Of a DNA stretch of 64,000 bases, positions 17,983 to 27,445 are shown one piece after another. The stretch is from Candidatus Zixiibacteriota bacterium. GTDB taxonomy: Bacteria; Zixibacteria; MSB-5A5; WJJR01. Under the pieces are notes generated by a model. It was not told the DNA's origin and did no database searches. It was given only the letters and a program-made list of their open reading frames with translations. The position numbers and the translations under genes are program-made. How positions within the stretch are numbered: position 1 is the stretch's first letter; the number at the start of each line of letters is the position of its first letter. The stretch spans positions 91,440 through 155,439 of the forward strand of contig JBFMGX010000004.1 of the NCBI GenBank assembly GCA_040752595.1, in the 5' to 3' direction.

Positions 17983-18971
17983 TGCCGGTCGATGCCATGC
18001 ACTGGGAGTGCCGTCACCCGAAGCAGATACCCCGCGAGCAATGGCTCGATTGGCTCACTGCCACAAGCGATCCATCGCCGTATTTGCTCCCGGAGTGGGG
18101 GTTGTTTTGGGAGGCGATCTGGCCGGATGCCCGCGCCGAAGCTTGGGTGCTAAGCGACGACACCGGCCGTGCCCATGCGGTCATTCCCGTGACACGTCGG
18201 AGACGTCTCGGCTGGGAGATGTGCCACGCGCAGCCGTTCGGAACACCGTGTGGACCGCTCACGCCGAACGGTCATGCACACGGCGAAGAGCTCGGGGGGT
18301 TCATGTTGGCGGCGATTGGCCCGCGAACAGTCGAGTTTGCCTGTCATCCCGATCTCGGCGCGCCACCCGGCCGCTGGACAAAGCAGACGCTCCGCAATGA
18401 CGTGTGGCAGCTTCAGTTGGAAGGCGACATCTCGCGCCCCCGGCGGGGATACTCGGAGTCGCATCGACGCAATATCCGCCGGGGAGAGGAACTGCAGCCC
18501 CGTCTCTCCGATCTGGAGAGTGCCGCGGATGTCACTCGCCTCCTGTCCACTTGGAAAGATCGAGGGAGGCCATCCCGGATTGTACTGGTGCCTCAACCGG
18601 CCGGTGCGATGATGGAACTGTTCGCACCAACCGGGGCGCTGCGCTTTCGCGTGGCCTGGGTTGGCGATCGCCCGGCAGCGGTAGCGGTCTTCTTGGTTCA
18701 TCGCGACCACGCCGTGTATGTCGATGGTGCCTTTGATCGCGAGCCACGGTTTCAAGGGGTCGGCCACTGGCTCTTTGCCGAGACGTTGAGTGCTTTGCGT
18801 CGCGAAGGGGTTCGCGTGGTCAACTTGGGTGGCGGCGCGGCCGGCGACTCCGGCGCCGGCTTAGCGCAGTTCAAGCACGGCTGGGGTGCCGAGCCGGCGG
18901 CCGTTCACACAGCGGTCTACCGGCGCCCATGGTATCATGCCTTGCACACCCTCTTCAGGCCCCGCGGTTGA
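17982..18971 (+). CDS. FemAB/BioF2-like (Acetyltransf_6, GNAT-fold) acyltransferase.
   Basis: The GTG start overlaps the upstream stop. The region …RRNIRRGEE…VAVFLVHRDHAVYVDGAFDRE…GVGHWLFAETLSALRREGVRVVNLGGG… resembles FemAB/Acetyltransf_6 proteins that often accompany EPS glycosyltransferases. Confidence 0.5.
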   Translation: MPVDAMHWECRHPKQIPREQWLDWLTATSDPSPYLLPEWGLFWEAIWPDARAEAWVLSDDTGRAHAVIPVTRRRRLGWEMCHAQPFGTPCGPLTPNGHAHGEELGGFMLAAIGPRTVEFACHPDLGAPPGRWTKQTLRNDVWQLQLEGDISRPRRGYSESHRRNIRRGEELQPRLSDLESAADVTRLLSTWKDRGRPSRIVLVPQPAGAMMELFAPTGALRFRVAWVGDRPAAVAVFLVHRDHAVYVDGAFDREPRFQGVGHWLFAETLSALRREGVRVVNLGGGAAGDSGAGLAQFKHGWGAEPAAVHTAVYRRPWYHALHTLFRPRG

Positions 18972-19131
18972 CACAGCCCGAACGTGTGCCACGCACAAGC
19001 CCCCGGTGGCCTCAGCCACCCGGGGCCTGTGCGTGCCACCCAAGTCCATAAGGAATGGCAGTGTTCTTTCACCGAGCTCCCCACGAGGGATTTTCTTTGG
19101 CGCTGTCGTGCGTCGTCGACCATACTGTGAT

Positions 19132-20232
19132 GTGTCTGTTCCTGCAGGATCGGCGAGAATACTGATTCTGGGCGAGGCCCGTGTCATCCACGCCCAGCGC
19201 TGGGCCGCATACTTCCGGCAACAGGGGTGGACGGTCCGATGGCTGTCGTTCCCGCCGATCCCCACCGGCGTCCACGCGGAGGGACTCGGCAGCACGGCGC
19301 TCCCACGTGCTCTTGCCATTCTGCGTGTCATCCCCCGTTTGCGACGGATCATTGGGGAGTTCTCGCCCGACATCACAAGCGCCCTGTTTCTCCCCGACTA
19401 CGGCTGGTTGGGTGCCCTGTCCGGCTTCCATCCTCTGGTGGTCTCGGCGTGGGGTTCCGATGTGCTGATCGCACCGGAGAAGTCCCCTCTGCATCGGGCC
19501 CGCATCCGCTCGGTGATCCGTCGTGCCGACCACCTCTTCACCGATGCCGATGTCCTCTCCCGGCGACTGCAGGATTTGGGCGCCAGCGCGGCTGATATCA
19601 CCGTGGTCCCTCTCGGCGTCAGTGATGAATGGCTTGCTGCTGGGGAGAGTCGGCCGGCGAGCGTTCCCCCGGTGCTCACTGTTATCCAAACCCGCCGTCT
19701 CGAACCGTTGTATTGCGTCGAGACGTTCCTTGTGGCCGCCGCACGCCTTGAAGCGACATCGCCGGGGAGGTTTCGCTTCGTCATTGTCGGTGACGGCTCC
19801 CAGCGTGAGCGCCTGGGGCGTCTGGCGGCGCAGTGGAAGCTCGACACGCGGAATCTGTTTCTGCCGATGCTCCCCGAAGAGGCGCTGCGACAGCAAGTGG
19901 GCGCGGCGGACCTGTATGTCTCCACCGCCGCCTCCGATGGCACCTCTGTTTCCCTTCTGGAGGCGATGGCCGCCGGATGTTTCCCGATCGTGACCGATCT
20001 GGCCGCCAACCGTGAGTGGATCGAGCCGGGGGTGAATGGTCTTCTGTTTCCGGTCGGCGATGATCGGGCACTGGCGCAGATGATCGAGCGCGCCGCCGCC
20101 GATCCGGTGCTGCGACAGCAGGCGCAAGTCCACAACCGGTCCCTGATCACCGAGCGCGCCCGCTGGAACGACAACATGGCCGTTGTCGAGAAGGCGATGC
20201 GATCAACCATCGAACGGTTTCAGAAGCGATGA
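19132..20232 (+). CDS. Glycosyltransferase family 4.
   Basis: The E-x7-E region EAMAAGCFPIVTDLAANREWIEPGVNGLLF is present. The likely GTG start at 19132 gives about 367 aa. The upstream part of the six-frame ORF overlaps the preceding gene. Confidence 0.75.
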   Translation: MSVPAGSARILILGEARVIHAQRWAAYFRQQGWTVRWLSFPPIPTGVHAEGLGSTALPRALAILRVIPRLRRIIGEFSPDITSALFLPDYGWLGALSGFHPLVVSAWGSDVLIAPEKSPLHRARIRSVIRRADHLFTDADVLSRRLQDLGASAADITVVPLGVSDEWLAAGESRPASVPPVLTVIQTRRLEPLYCVETFLVAAARLEATSPGRFRFVIVGDGSQRERLGRLAAQWKLDTRNLFLPMLPEEALRQQVGAADLYVSTAASDGTSVSLLEAMAAGCFPIVTDLAANREWIEPGVNGLLFPVGDDRALAQMIERAAADPVLRQQAQVHNRSLITERARWNDNMAVVEKAMRSTIERFQKR

Positions 20233-21542
20233 GTCCAAGCAGCGCGACCCCAAGCACGCGACGTCCATCCGTGCTGATCGTGTCGTTCTACTTTCCACCT
20301 TCGGGAATGGGAGGCGTGCAGCGCGCGTTGAAGTTCGCCCGCTACCTGCCGGAGTTCGGCTGGGATGTGACCGTGATCGCACCGTGGACGTCGCTATCTC
20401 ATCAGTCCGATCCTTCGTTGCTGACAGAGCTCCCTGACTCTATGAGAATCGAGCGCGTCTGGGCATTCGATCCCGCCCTCGTGTTCCGAAGACGCGGCTT
20501 CGTAGGTGGCGCCGGCTCAATCCGCGAAGCCTCATCATGGGCTCGGCGAGTACGGGAGTGGCTCCGCTGGCCCGACGACAAGATCCTGTTCACGGCGGCG
20601 GCGCTGCGTCGGGCACGACGTCTGCACAACGAACGTCCGTTCGACGTCGTTTGGACGACTTCACCGCCCCCATCGATGCATCGTGTCGGCTTGGCTCTGG
20701 CGCCACGAATCCCGTGGATCGCCGACTTCCGCGACCCGTGGCTGGCGCGCGATGATGATTGGGGGCCGACGCATTGGCATGCGCGTTGGGCTCAGCGCCT
20801 GCGTCAACGCATCGTACAAACGGCCGATCGCGTCGTGGCCGTCAGCATCCCGATGGCCGCGGCACTCGACCGTGACGGCGCCCGGCATTCGACGGAAGTG
20901 ATCTACAATGGCTATGATGAGGCCGATTTCGTTTCGGCCGCCCGTCCGCGTTCCTGGAATGGGCCATTCACGATTCTGTGCCCCGGGACTCTCAGCCCCC
21001 ATTCCGATCCGCGTCCGATCTTCGCGGCGGTATGCGAGTTGCGCGCACGATGCCCCGAGCTGGACTTACAGATTCGGCATGTCGGCACAGCCCTGGGATT
21101 GAATCCCACCGCCATCGCCGCCGACTACGGTCTTGCGTCCATCTTCACCGATCTGGGCTATCGTGAGCATTCCGCCAGTGTGGACGGATTGCTTGAAGCC
21201 GACATCGTCGCCATCTCGGTCAGCGAACTGGCGGGATTCGCGACAAACATACCGGGGCGGCTCTTCGAGGCGTTGCGCTCGCAGCGTCCCCTGATCCTCT
21301 TCGGCCCCAGGGATGGCGCCGTCGGGACGTTGGTCGGTCGACTCCCTGGATGTTGGGTTGTGCCCCATGCCGATGTGGAGGCCGGCGCCGAGGCGCTTCG
21401 GGCGGTGCTTCGCCATCCGCGGGGCGTCCCGGCGCGCACCCGCGAATCGATCGCGGTGTTCGACCGCCGCGCACAGACGCGACACCTGGCATCACTCTTT
21501 CAGAGTGTGATCGCAGCACGGTCTCGGGAGGCGTGGACGTGA
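20229..21542 (+). CDS. Glycosyltransferase, GT4-like.
   Basis: The ATGA overlap with the previous gene indicates coupling. The N-terminus SVLIVSFYFPPSGMGGVQRALKFARYLPEFGWDVTVIAP is GT4-like, and a nucleotide-sugar binding region follows. Confidence 0.65.
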   Translation: MSPSSATPSTRRPSVLIVSFYFPPSGMGGVQRALKFARYLPEFGWDVTVIAPWTSLSHQSDPSLLTELPDSMRIERVWAFDPALVFRRRGFVGGAGSIREASSWARRVREWLRWPDDKILFTAAALRRARRLHNERPFDVVWTTSPPPSMHRVGLALAPRIPWIADFRDPWLARDDDWGPTHWHARWAQRLRQRIVQTADRVVAVSIPMAAALDRDGARHSTEVIYNGYDEADFVSAARPRSWNGPFTILCPGTLSPHSDPRPIFAAVCELRARCPELDLQIRHVGTALGLNPTAIAADYGLASIFTDLGYREHSASVDGLLEADIVAISVSELAGFATNIPGRLFEALRSQRPLILFGPRDGAVGTLVGRLPGCWVVPHADVEAGAEALRAVLRHPRGVPARTRESIAVFDRRAQTRHLASLFQSVIAARSREAWT

Positions 21543-22444
21543 CTGTGGCAGACGTCGGCGTCGCCATCGTGACCTACAACTCAGCCGCCGAGATCGGCGA
21601 CTGCCTCGCGGCGCTGACTATGGCCTCCCGCGCGCCATTGCAGATCGTCGTTGTCGACAACGCCTCACAAGATCAAACGCTGTCGATTGTGCATGCCACG
21701 GCTCCGCATGTCATGGTGATTCCCAACAGCAGCAATCGCTACTATGCCGCCGCATCCAATCAGGGGATCGCCGCCATCGATGCCCCATTTGTGTTGCTGC
21801 TCAATCCCGACGCTGCCGTGCCTCCCGGAGGAGTCGATGCCCTGCGCCAATTCCTCGAACGTCATCCCGATGCGGCGGCGGTGGCGCCGCGCCTGATTGG
21901 CCCGGATGGACGGCGTCAGCCGTCACTGCGTGAGCTTCCCGGCCTCGACACGCTGTGGTATGATTTCACCGGTTTGTCCGTCCTCTTTCCCCGATCCCGC
22001 ATCTTCGGTCGCTGGCGCATGGGCTACTTCAATGGTGCCCAGGAGCGTATCGTGCCGCAACCGATGGCCAGTTGCCTGCTCGTGCGACGAGAGGTCTTCA
22101 CTGAGATCGGCGGATTCGATGAGAGCTACCCGATGTTCTTCAACGACGTCGACTGGTGCCGCCGCACCGCGCTGGCCGGTCTCTGGATCTACTACACACC
22201 CGAGGTTTCCGTTCGTCACACAGGCGGCGCCGCCGTCAACCGCCGCAAGGTCCGGATGATCTGGATGAGCCATTACGCGTACTTCGTCTACCTGCATCGC
22301 CTGTACGCGACACGTCCTCTGATGCGCGCGCTGGTCTGGATTTCCGCGCCCGCGCTCTTTGCGTCCGCGATCGTCCGAAGTGTCTGGTGGGGTCCGCTGC
22401 GGCGGATGCTCGTCGGTCGGTCGTCATACAGAGGAGGGAATTGA
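21539..22444 (+). CDS. Glycosyltransferase family 2.
   Basis: The region VAIVTYNSAAEIGDCLAAL…VVVDNASQDQT is a GT2 DxD-type N-terminus. The GTG start overlaps the upstream stop as GTGA. Confidence 0.75.
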   Translation: MTVADVGVAIVTYNSAAEIGDCLAALTMASRAPLQIVVVDNASQDQTLSIVHATAPHVMVIPNSSNRYYAAASNQGIAAIDAPFVLLLNPDAAVPPGGVDALRQFLERHPDAAAVAPRLIGPDGRRQPSLRELPGLDTLWYDFTGLSVLFPRSRIFGRWRMGYFNGAQERIVPQPMASCLLVRREVFTEIGGFDESYPMFFNDVDWCRRTALAGLWIYYTPEVSVRHTGGAAVNRRKVRMIWMSHYAYFVYLHRLYATRPLMRALVWISAPALFASAIVRSVWWGPLRRMLVGRSSYRGGN

Positions 22445-22468
22445 CCGGAATGCATCGGCAATATGTCG

Positions 22469-22490
22469 CGCAGGAGCCCTGGGCTCCTGC
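22469..22490. terminator. Palindromic hairpin GCGCAGGAGCCCTGGGCTCCTGCG between convergent genes.
   Basis: The 10-bp stem lies between the end of the GT2 gene (+) and the end of the C25 peptidase gene (-). It is a candidate bidirectional terminator. Confidence 0.4.
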
Positions 22491-22617
22491 GGTCTTGTCG
22501 GATGCACAGGGCACCTGACCCGCTCCTCCAGAGCTTGACATCCCGAGCGAAGCGAGGGATCTGCTGTGTCTTTCTGAGCAAGTAGCGTGATGTTGATAGG
22601 TACTTCTTGGCCTCTGT

Positions 22618-25053
22618 CTACCGCAACAACACCATCTTCCGCACAAGCGTACGCCCGCCCGATTCCAACCGGGCGAAATAGACCCCGCTGGCCAGTGCGC
22701 GACCGTGATCATCGGTTCCACCGAACTCGATTGTGTGTTGCCCGGCCATGAGAGTTCCGTCCACGAGCTGACACAACCGCCGTCCCAGTACATCGAAGAC
22801 CGACAGGAGAGTCGGACCATCGGCGCCGAGCGAGAAACGCAATTCCGTCGAGGGATTGAATGGGTTCGGAAAGTTCGGCGCGAATGTGAAGGCAGGTTGA
22901 GTACGCGACGAGTCGCCCCCGGCATCGGCGATGATCGAGATCGGCAGCGTGTCGACCCAGATTCTGTGCCCGCTCTTGGCAACAGTGAGGATCAATTCTG
23001 TGGCAAACGGCAGCGCCAATTCGAGCAGCAGTCGTCCGTGCACATCGGTCTGCCCCACCGTCCAAACACTGTCCCCCACGGCCAACGTCACGAGCGCCCC
23101 CGCCACCGGGCCGGGGCCATTGTATGCCTCAATCGACCATGTCGCCGGCCCCGGCGTGAACGTCCAAGGCGCGCTGACCTCCAACGGCTGTGGCGCGGCC
23201 TTCCAGACCGGCATTTCCGGATCTCCGTACAGATTATTGCCATAGATGAGATCCCGGTACGACGGGAATACGACCTTGGCCAGGGTTTGGTAGATGCCGA
23301 TGTGGTTGGGAATGCTGTCCGTGTTGACGCATTCATAGAACCGCTTGATCAGCTTGTACGATGTCGCCACCCACCCCCACCGTGACTGCCCGATGAACGC
23401 CACCGCGCCTCCCTCGGACAGGGACATCAGGCGCTGCGACACCGCCGGGCCCTGCGCGCCGTACTCGGGCGTATCCAGATCGATCGCCCCCTGATCGCAG
23501 GCCGCCGAAATGTGGATTCCGGGGTACGGGGAAATCCCCGAGAGATTCAGATGGCCGTTCCCGTCGCCGTCGGTCCCAAACGTGTTGACGCTCGTCATCG
23601 GCCAGCCGAGAATCCCGGATGAACGGACGATGAACCCGTCGGTACGACCATGCACGTAGTAATTGACCCAGCCGAACCCCTGCGCGACCAGCGATGGGAA
23701 AGTCGGTCCGTCTGGGTTGGACGGTGACGGATCGCTGCCGGAGGGGTTTTCGACCATCGTGGTCACGTCGTTCGACCATGCCGGAGGCATGACGGCGGCC
23801 ACCAGGGTGTGCTGCCCGACGCCGCCCGACCAATCGCGCATCTGATCCGCGCAGACACTCAATGAACGGGTCAGGTAGTCGCCCTGATCCGGGCCGCGCT
23901 CATAGGCGATGATCTTGTCGGCCATCGCGGCGGCCTGCGCGGCATCGGCGAAGGGGAGACGTCCGACATAGACTTCAGGATACAACTCGGCGTGGTCGTC
24001 GAAGTACTCCCCGTAGATGCCATCGCCATCGGCGTCCCAATCGCCGTCCAGCTCCCCGAAGTACAGATCGCATAGCTGATTCTGGTGAAGGTCGCCCGTG
24101 TACTGTTCCAGCTCCGCGTAGGCGTAGCGGATCGGCACAATGGTCTCGTCGCCGGCCAACAGCACCCACGTCAGTCCGCTCGTGTGAGCGGCGCGGACAT
24201 ACTCCCGGATGGCTGCGGCCGCATCGACGGCCGGATACGACGATACAATCGCCTCCACCGTGGCAATACCGGCATTGATGCTCCGCCGCGCCTTCCACTC
24301 CACGAGAGGGCGCAAGCTCTGGACAAACGCCGCGGATGTCACCACGACATACTCCACCCCCAATGGTGGATCGCTGGGATAGACCCAGCCAGGGGCCTGT
24401 GGCGTGCCGGGAGATGTGAACGGCCCACCGCCGTTGTCGCTATTGCCCGCCGCAATCACGTGCGCGACCAACGCATCCGTGGCCGCGATCGTGTCACGTC
24501 GGGTCGACTGACCCGGCAACGACCGGATAGGGGAGATCAGGGCACGTCGAATGACGACTAACTGCCGACGGGTCGGGTTGTAGCGATACGGACTCCATGA
24601 CAACGCCGTCACCGTCGTCCCGTCAAAGCGACCCCGCGTCTCCCAGCGCACATTGCACGGGGGGAACCACTCGTCGATGCCATAGACCTGACTGTCGGGG
24701 AGAACCCACTCCGGCTGAACGCCGTTCTCATCTGTCCTGACATCCGGCTGCTGTGGCGCGAGAGGGGCAGGCACTGAAAACGTGTCCGCCGCAACGACTG
24801 TGACTGTCCATGCGGTTTCCGGCTGCCATGTCACCGGAAGAGCAAGCGCAAGCCACGGTACAGCCGGTGCGCCCACCGGACCGGTCAGGTCGCCTTCGTC
24901 CGTCAACCAAGAGAAGCCATCAGACTCACGCCATTGCGCCGGACGGTCATAACGCACCTCAAAGATCTCATCGCTGCCAAAAGCGCTGGATGCCACCATC
25001 GAAGAGTGCGCGAGAAGAACAAGAAAGAGTAGAGCGAGAATCTCGCGGACCAT
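22618..25053 (-). CDS. Peptidase C25 (gingipain-like, clan CD) with type IX secretion C-terminal sorting domain.
   Basis: A GGAGG lies 5 nt upstream of the ATG at 25053. The signal peptide is MVREILALLFLVLLAHSSMVASSA. The region …WVLLAGDETIVPIRY…LDGDWDADGDGIYGE…VGRLPF… and the candidate His/Cys sites (YYVHGRTDG, SAACDQG) match C25. The C-terminus …FPNPFNPSTELRFSL…LSVFDVLGRRL…GVYFARL… matches the T9SS CTD. Confidence 0.7.
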   Translation of the reverse strand: MVREILALLFLVLLAHSSMVASSAFGSDEIFEVRYDRPAQWRESDGFSWLTDEGDLTGPVGAPAVPWLALALPVTWQPETAWTVTVVAADTFSVPAPLAPQQPDVRTDENGVQPEWVLPDSQVYGIDEWFPPCNVRWETRGRFDGTTVTALSWSPYRYNPTRRQLVVIRRALISPIRSLPGQSTRRDTIAATDALVAHVIAAGNSDNGGGPFTSPGTPQAPGWVYPSDPPLGVEYVVVTSAAFVQSLRPLVEWKARRSINAGIATVEAIVSSYPAVDAAAAIREYVRAAHTSGLTWVLLAGDETIVPIRYAYAELEQYTGDLHQNQLCDLYFGELDGDWDADGDGIYGEYFDDHAELYPEVYVGRLPFADAAQAAAMADKIIAYERGPDQGDYLTRSLSVCADQMRDWSGGVGQHTLVAAVMPPAWSNDVTTMVENPSGSDPSPSNPDGPTFPSLVAQGFGWVNYYVHGRTDGFIVRSSGILGWPMTSVNTFGTDGDGNGHLNLSGISPYPGIHISAACDQGAIDLDTPEYGAQGPAVSQRLMSLSEGGAVAFIGQSRWGWVATSYKLIKRFYECVNTDSIPNHIGIYQTLAKVVFPSYRDLIYGNNLYGDPEMPVWKAAPQPLEVSAPWTFTPGPATWSIEAYNGPGPVAGALVTLAVGDSVWTVGQTDVHGRLLLELALPFATELILTVAKSGHRIWVDTLPISIIADAGGDSSRTQPAFTFAPNFPNPFNPSTELRFSLGADGPTLLSVFDVLGRRLCQLVDGTLMAGQHTIEFGGTDDHGRALASGVYFARLESGGRTLVRKMVLLR

Positions 25054-25412
25054 CTCCCCCTCCGCCAAGCGAACCGATTCCGGCCCAAGCCACGGTTCGA
25101 CGAGAGGTTGCGCAAAGACAGTGCCGCATCAGGCGCGGAAACGCTCGGATTCCGTCGCGTTCGCAAGTTATTACGAATCATGATGATATGGCGTCTTCGT
25201 GATTCACTGCGTCAAGCGAGAACATGAATGGAGGCCCGACCAGCTACCAACGTATTGGCTGCGCCCCACATACTCATGGGAATGCCGCGACGATTCATCA
25301 TCATGCCGTCGTGAACGAGTATCTCCCCAGAGCGTGCGGCAGCGTAGACTCCGGCATATTTTCCCTGTGAAATACGAGAAATCGCTTGCATCGAAATAGA
25401 TGTCCCATTTAA

Positions 25413-25437
25413 TGGGCCATTGTGGGGCCAAGTGGAG
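25413..25437 (+). promoter_or_regulatory. Candidate MraZ operator: three direct TGGGN repeats with 10-bp periodicity (TGGGC-cattg-TGGGG-ccaag-TGGAG).
   Basis: E. coli MraZ binds three TGGGN direct repeats separated by 5-nt spacers. The same arrangement lies about 180 bp upstream of mraZ in a low-GC, 544-bp intergenic region. Confidence 0.3.
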
Positions 25438-25612
25438 GGATCGCATTCCCATCGCTTCACCTCACGACTGTTCGGCAACGATCTGAAACAACAGAGGAGT
25501 TTGTTCCCCCAAACGAGCTTCAAGAGGGGAATGCCGGAGATTCAAGCGTTAGTTGCTAAAAGTAGCATAACTCGATGACTAATAGGGTATTGCCTGAACA
25601 CAAGAAAGAGAC

Positions 25613-26059
25613 ATGTCGCCGTTCATCGGACCATACAGCGCCAAGATTGACCTGAAGAACAGACTGACCCTTCCGGCGAAGCTGCGGCAAGCGTCGGAAG
25701 ACTATCTGCAAGTGTGCTATCTGTGTCTTGGCCTGAATGGCTGCCTGTTTCTGCTCTCGCAATCCGAGTGGCAACGGGTGATGGAGAAGTTCGACAACTA
25801 CGGGCTAAGCGATGAGAATGCGAACTTCTTCATGAGAAAGCTGATGGCGAATACCGCCGAACTTCAGCCCGACAAGCAGAATCGCATCATCATCCCACCC
25901 AAACTGGCTGCGCTCGCCGGGATCACCGGGGAGAAGCGCGATGTGATGGTCCTGGGCATGAATCGCCGCATCGAGGTCTGGGAGGTTGGACGGTTCAACG
26001 CCTATGTCGAAGGATTCGGCAAGAGTTACGAGGAGGTCGCCTCGAAATTGTTGCTGTAG
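25613..26059 (+). CDS. mraZ: Transcriptional regulator MraZ.
   Basis: Tandem SpoVT/AbrB-like halves are present: MSPFIGPYSAKIDLKNRLTLPAKLRQ… and …DKQNRIIIPPKLAALAG…. Confidence 0.9.
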   Translation: MSPFIGPYSAKIDLKNRLTLPAKLRQASEDYLQVCYLCLGLNGCLFLLSQSEWQRVMEKFDNYGLSDENANFFMRKLMANTAELQPDKQNRIIIPPKLAALAGITGEKRDVMVLGMNRRIEVWEVGRFNAYVEGFGKSYEEVASKLLL

Positions 26060-26100
26060 GTCAAGGGCATGACGACGGGGCGGTCACCGGGCATCGGCCG

Positions 26101-27048
26101 GTGATGGTCTCGGAAGTCGCGAGCGAGTTGATCACCGATCCGGGGGGGATCTATCTCGACGCAACGATTGGCGGCGGAGGGCACGCCGAGTTGATTCTCA
26201 GGCATCTTCACACCAGTGGGAGAGTGATCGGGCTGGACCGCGACCGGGATGCCCTGCGCGAGGCGTGGGGGCGTTTGGCGCATTTCGGCCCCCGCGTGAC
26301 TTTGCGTCACGCCGACTATCGCGATCTGGCGGCGGTCTTTCACGCCCTGGGTATTGAGGCAATCTCGGGAGCGCTGTTCGATCTCGGTCTTTCCTCGTTG
26401 CAGCTTGATGATCCGTCGCGTGGCTTCGCCTATCGATTCGATGGTCCGCTTGATCTGCGGTTCGATCAATCGCATGGTGCCACGGCCGCCGCATGGTTGG
26501 CCACCGCCACGGTCGACGAGATCGCTGACGTCCTGCGTCGGTTTGGCGAGGAACGCCATGCCCTCCGATTGGCCCGCGCGATCGTCCGAACCCGCGCGCA
26601 GAAGGGACAACCGCTCGCCACGACCGCTGATCTCACCCGAGTGATCACTGCGGTCGTTGGGTCGCGGGGGTCCGATTTTGGCCGCACGGCGGCGCGCGTG
26701 TTTCAAGCCTTGCGCATCGCGACCAACGATGAGTTGACGGCGATTCCCATCGGTCTGCAAAGCGCCCTCGATCGACTCGTGCCGGGGGCGCGGCTGGTCG
26801 TCATCGCTTACCACTCGCTGGAGGATCGGTTGGTCAAGTCTCACTTCCGTGAATGGTCACGCTTGTGCCGCTGTCCTGCGGTGTGGGGCCGGTGTATGTG
26901 CGGCGCCCACCCTGTCGGTCGACTGGTCCATCGTCGTGCACTCCGACCGACCGCCGGCGAGATCGCTCGCAACCCGCGCGCCAAGGCCGCGCGCATGCGT
27001 GTGCTGGAACGATTGCCGGACCAACTGGACATGCGACCGTCCGACTGA
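26101..27048 (+). CDS. rsmH: 16S rRNA (cytosine1402-N4)-methyltransferase.
   Basis: The SAM-binding region DATIGGGGHAE is present, and the gene sits immediately after mraZ. Confidence 0.9.
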   Translation: MMVSEVASELITDPGGIYLDATIGGGGHAELILRHLHTSGRVIGLDRDRDALREAWGRLAHFGPRVTLRHADYRDLAAVFHALGIEAISGALFDLGLSSLQLDDPSRGFAYRFDGPLDLRFDQSHGATAAAWLATATVDEIADVLRRFGEERHALRLARAIVRTRAQKGQPLATTADLTRVITAVVGSRGSDFGRTAARVFQALRIATNDELTAIPIGLQSALDRLVPGARLVVIAYHSLEDRLVKSHFREWSRLCRCPAVWGRCMCGAHPVGRLVHRRALRPTAGEIARNPRAKAARMRVLERLPDQLDMRPSD

Positions 27049-27063
27049 AGAGAAAGCGACCGG

Positions 27064-27405
27064 ATGAAGAATCGTCTGATCCGCGCTCTGCGCCTGCTGC
27101 GACCGTCATGGTGGATTCTGGCGGTGGCGATTGCCACCGCGTGGGTTTGGCAGCGCTATGCGGTTGTCCGCCTGGGGGAGGAGGTTGAGCGGGCGCAGGG
27201 CCGGATCGTTGCGTTGACGCGACTGCGCGACCATCTGCTGGTGGAGAACACGGCGTTGGCCCGGCGCGAACGCATCGAATCAATCGCTGTCCAACAACTG
27301 GGGATGCGTCCCACCACGCGACAGCAAAGGCATCGTCTGGCCGTGAGCGACACGAGTGCTCCCGCACCGGGCGGGGAGCGGCTCGCCGGGTCGGAAGAGT
27401 TGTGA
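27064..27405 (+). CDS. ftsL: Cell division protein FtsL.
   Basis: The 113-aa product has a single TM helix (WWILAVAIATAWVW) followed by a coiled coil. It sits between rsmH and ftsI. Confidence 0.6.
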   Translation: MKNRLIRALRLLRPSWWILAVAIATAWVWQRYAVVRLGEEVERAQGRIVALTRLRDHLLVENTALARRERIESIAVQQLGMRPTTRQQRHRLAVSDTSAPAPGGERLAGSEEL

Positions 27406-27445
27406 CATTGCTCCATTGAGATGGCGCGACGCGCCGAAGGATCGG

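Noticed and set aside
25212-25523. 103-codon - strand ORF in the mraZ upstream region, considered as a CDS feature.
   Set aside because: It has no homology, RBS or recognisable features, and it overlaps the candidate MraZ operator. It is kept only as a note in the findings.
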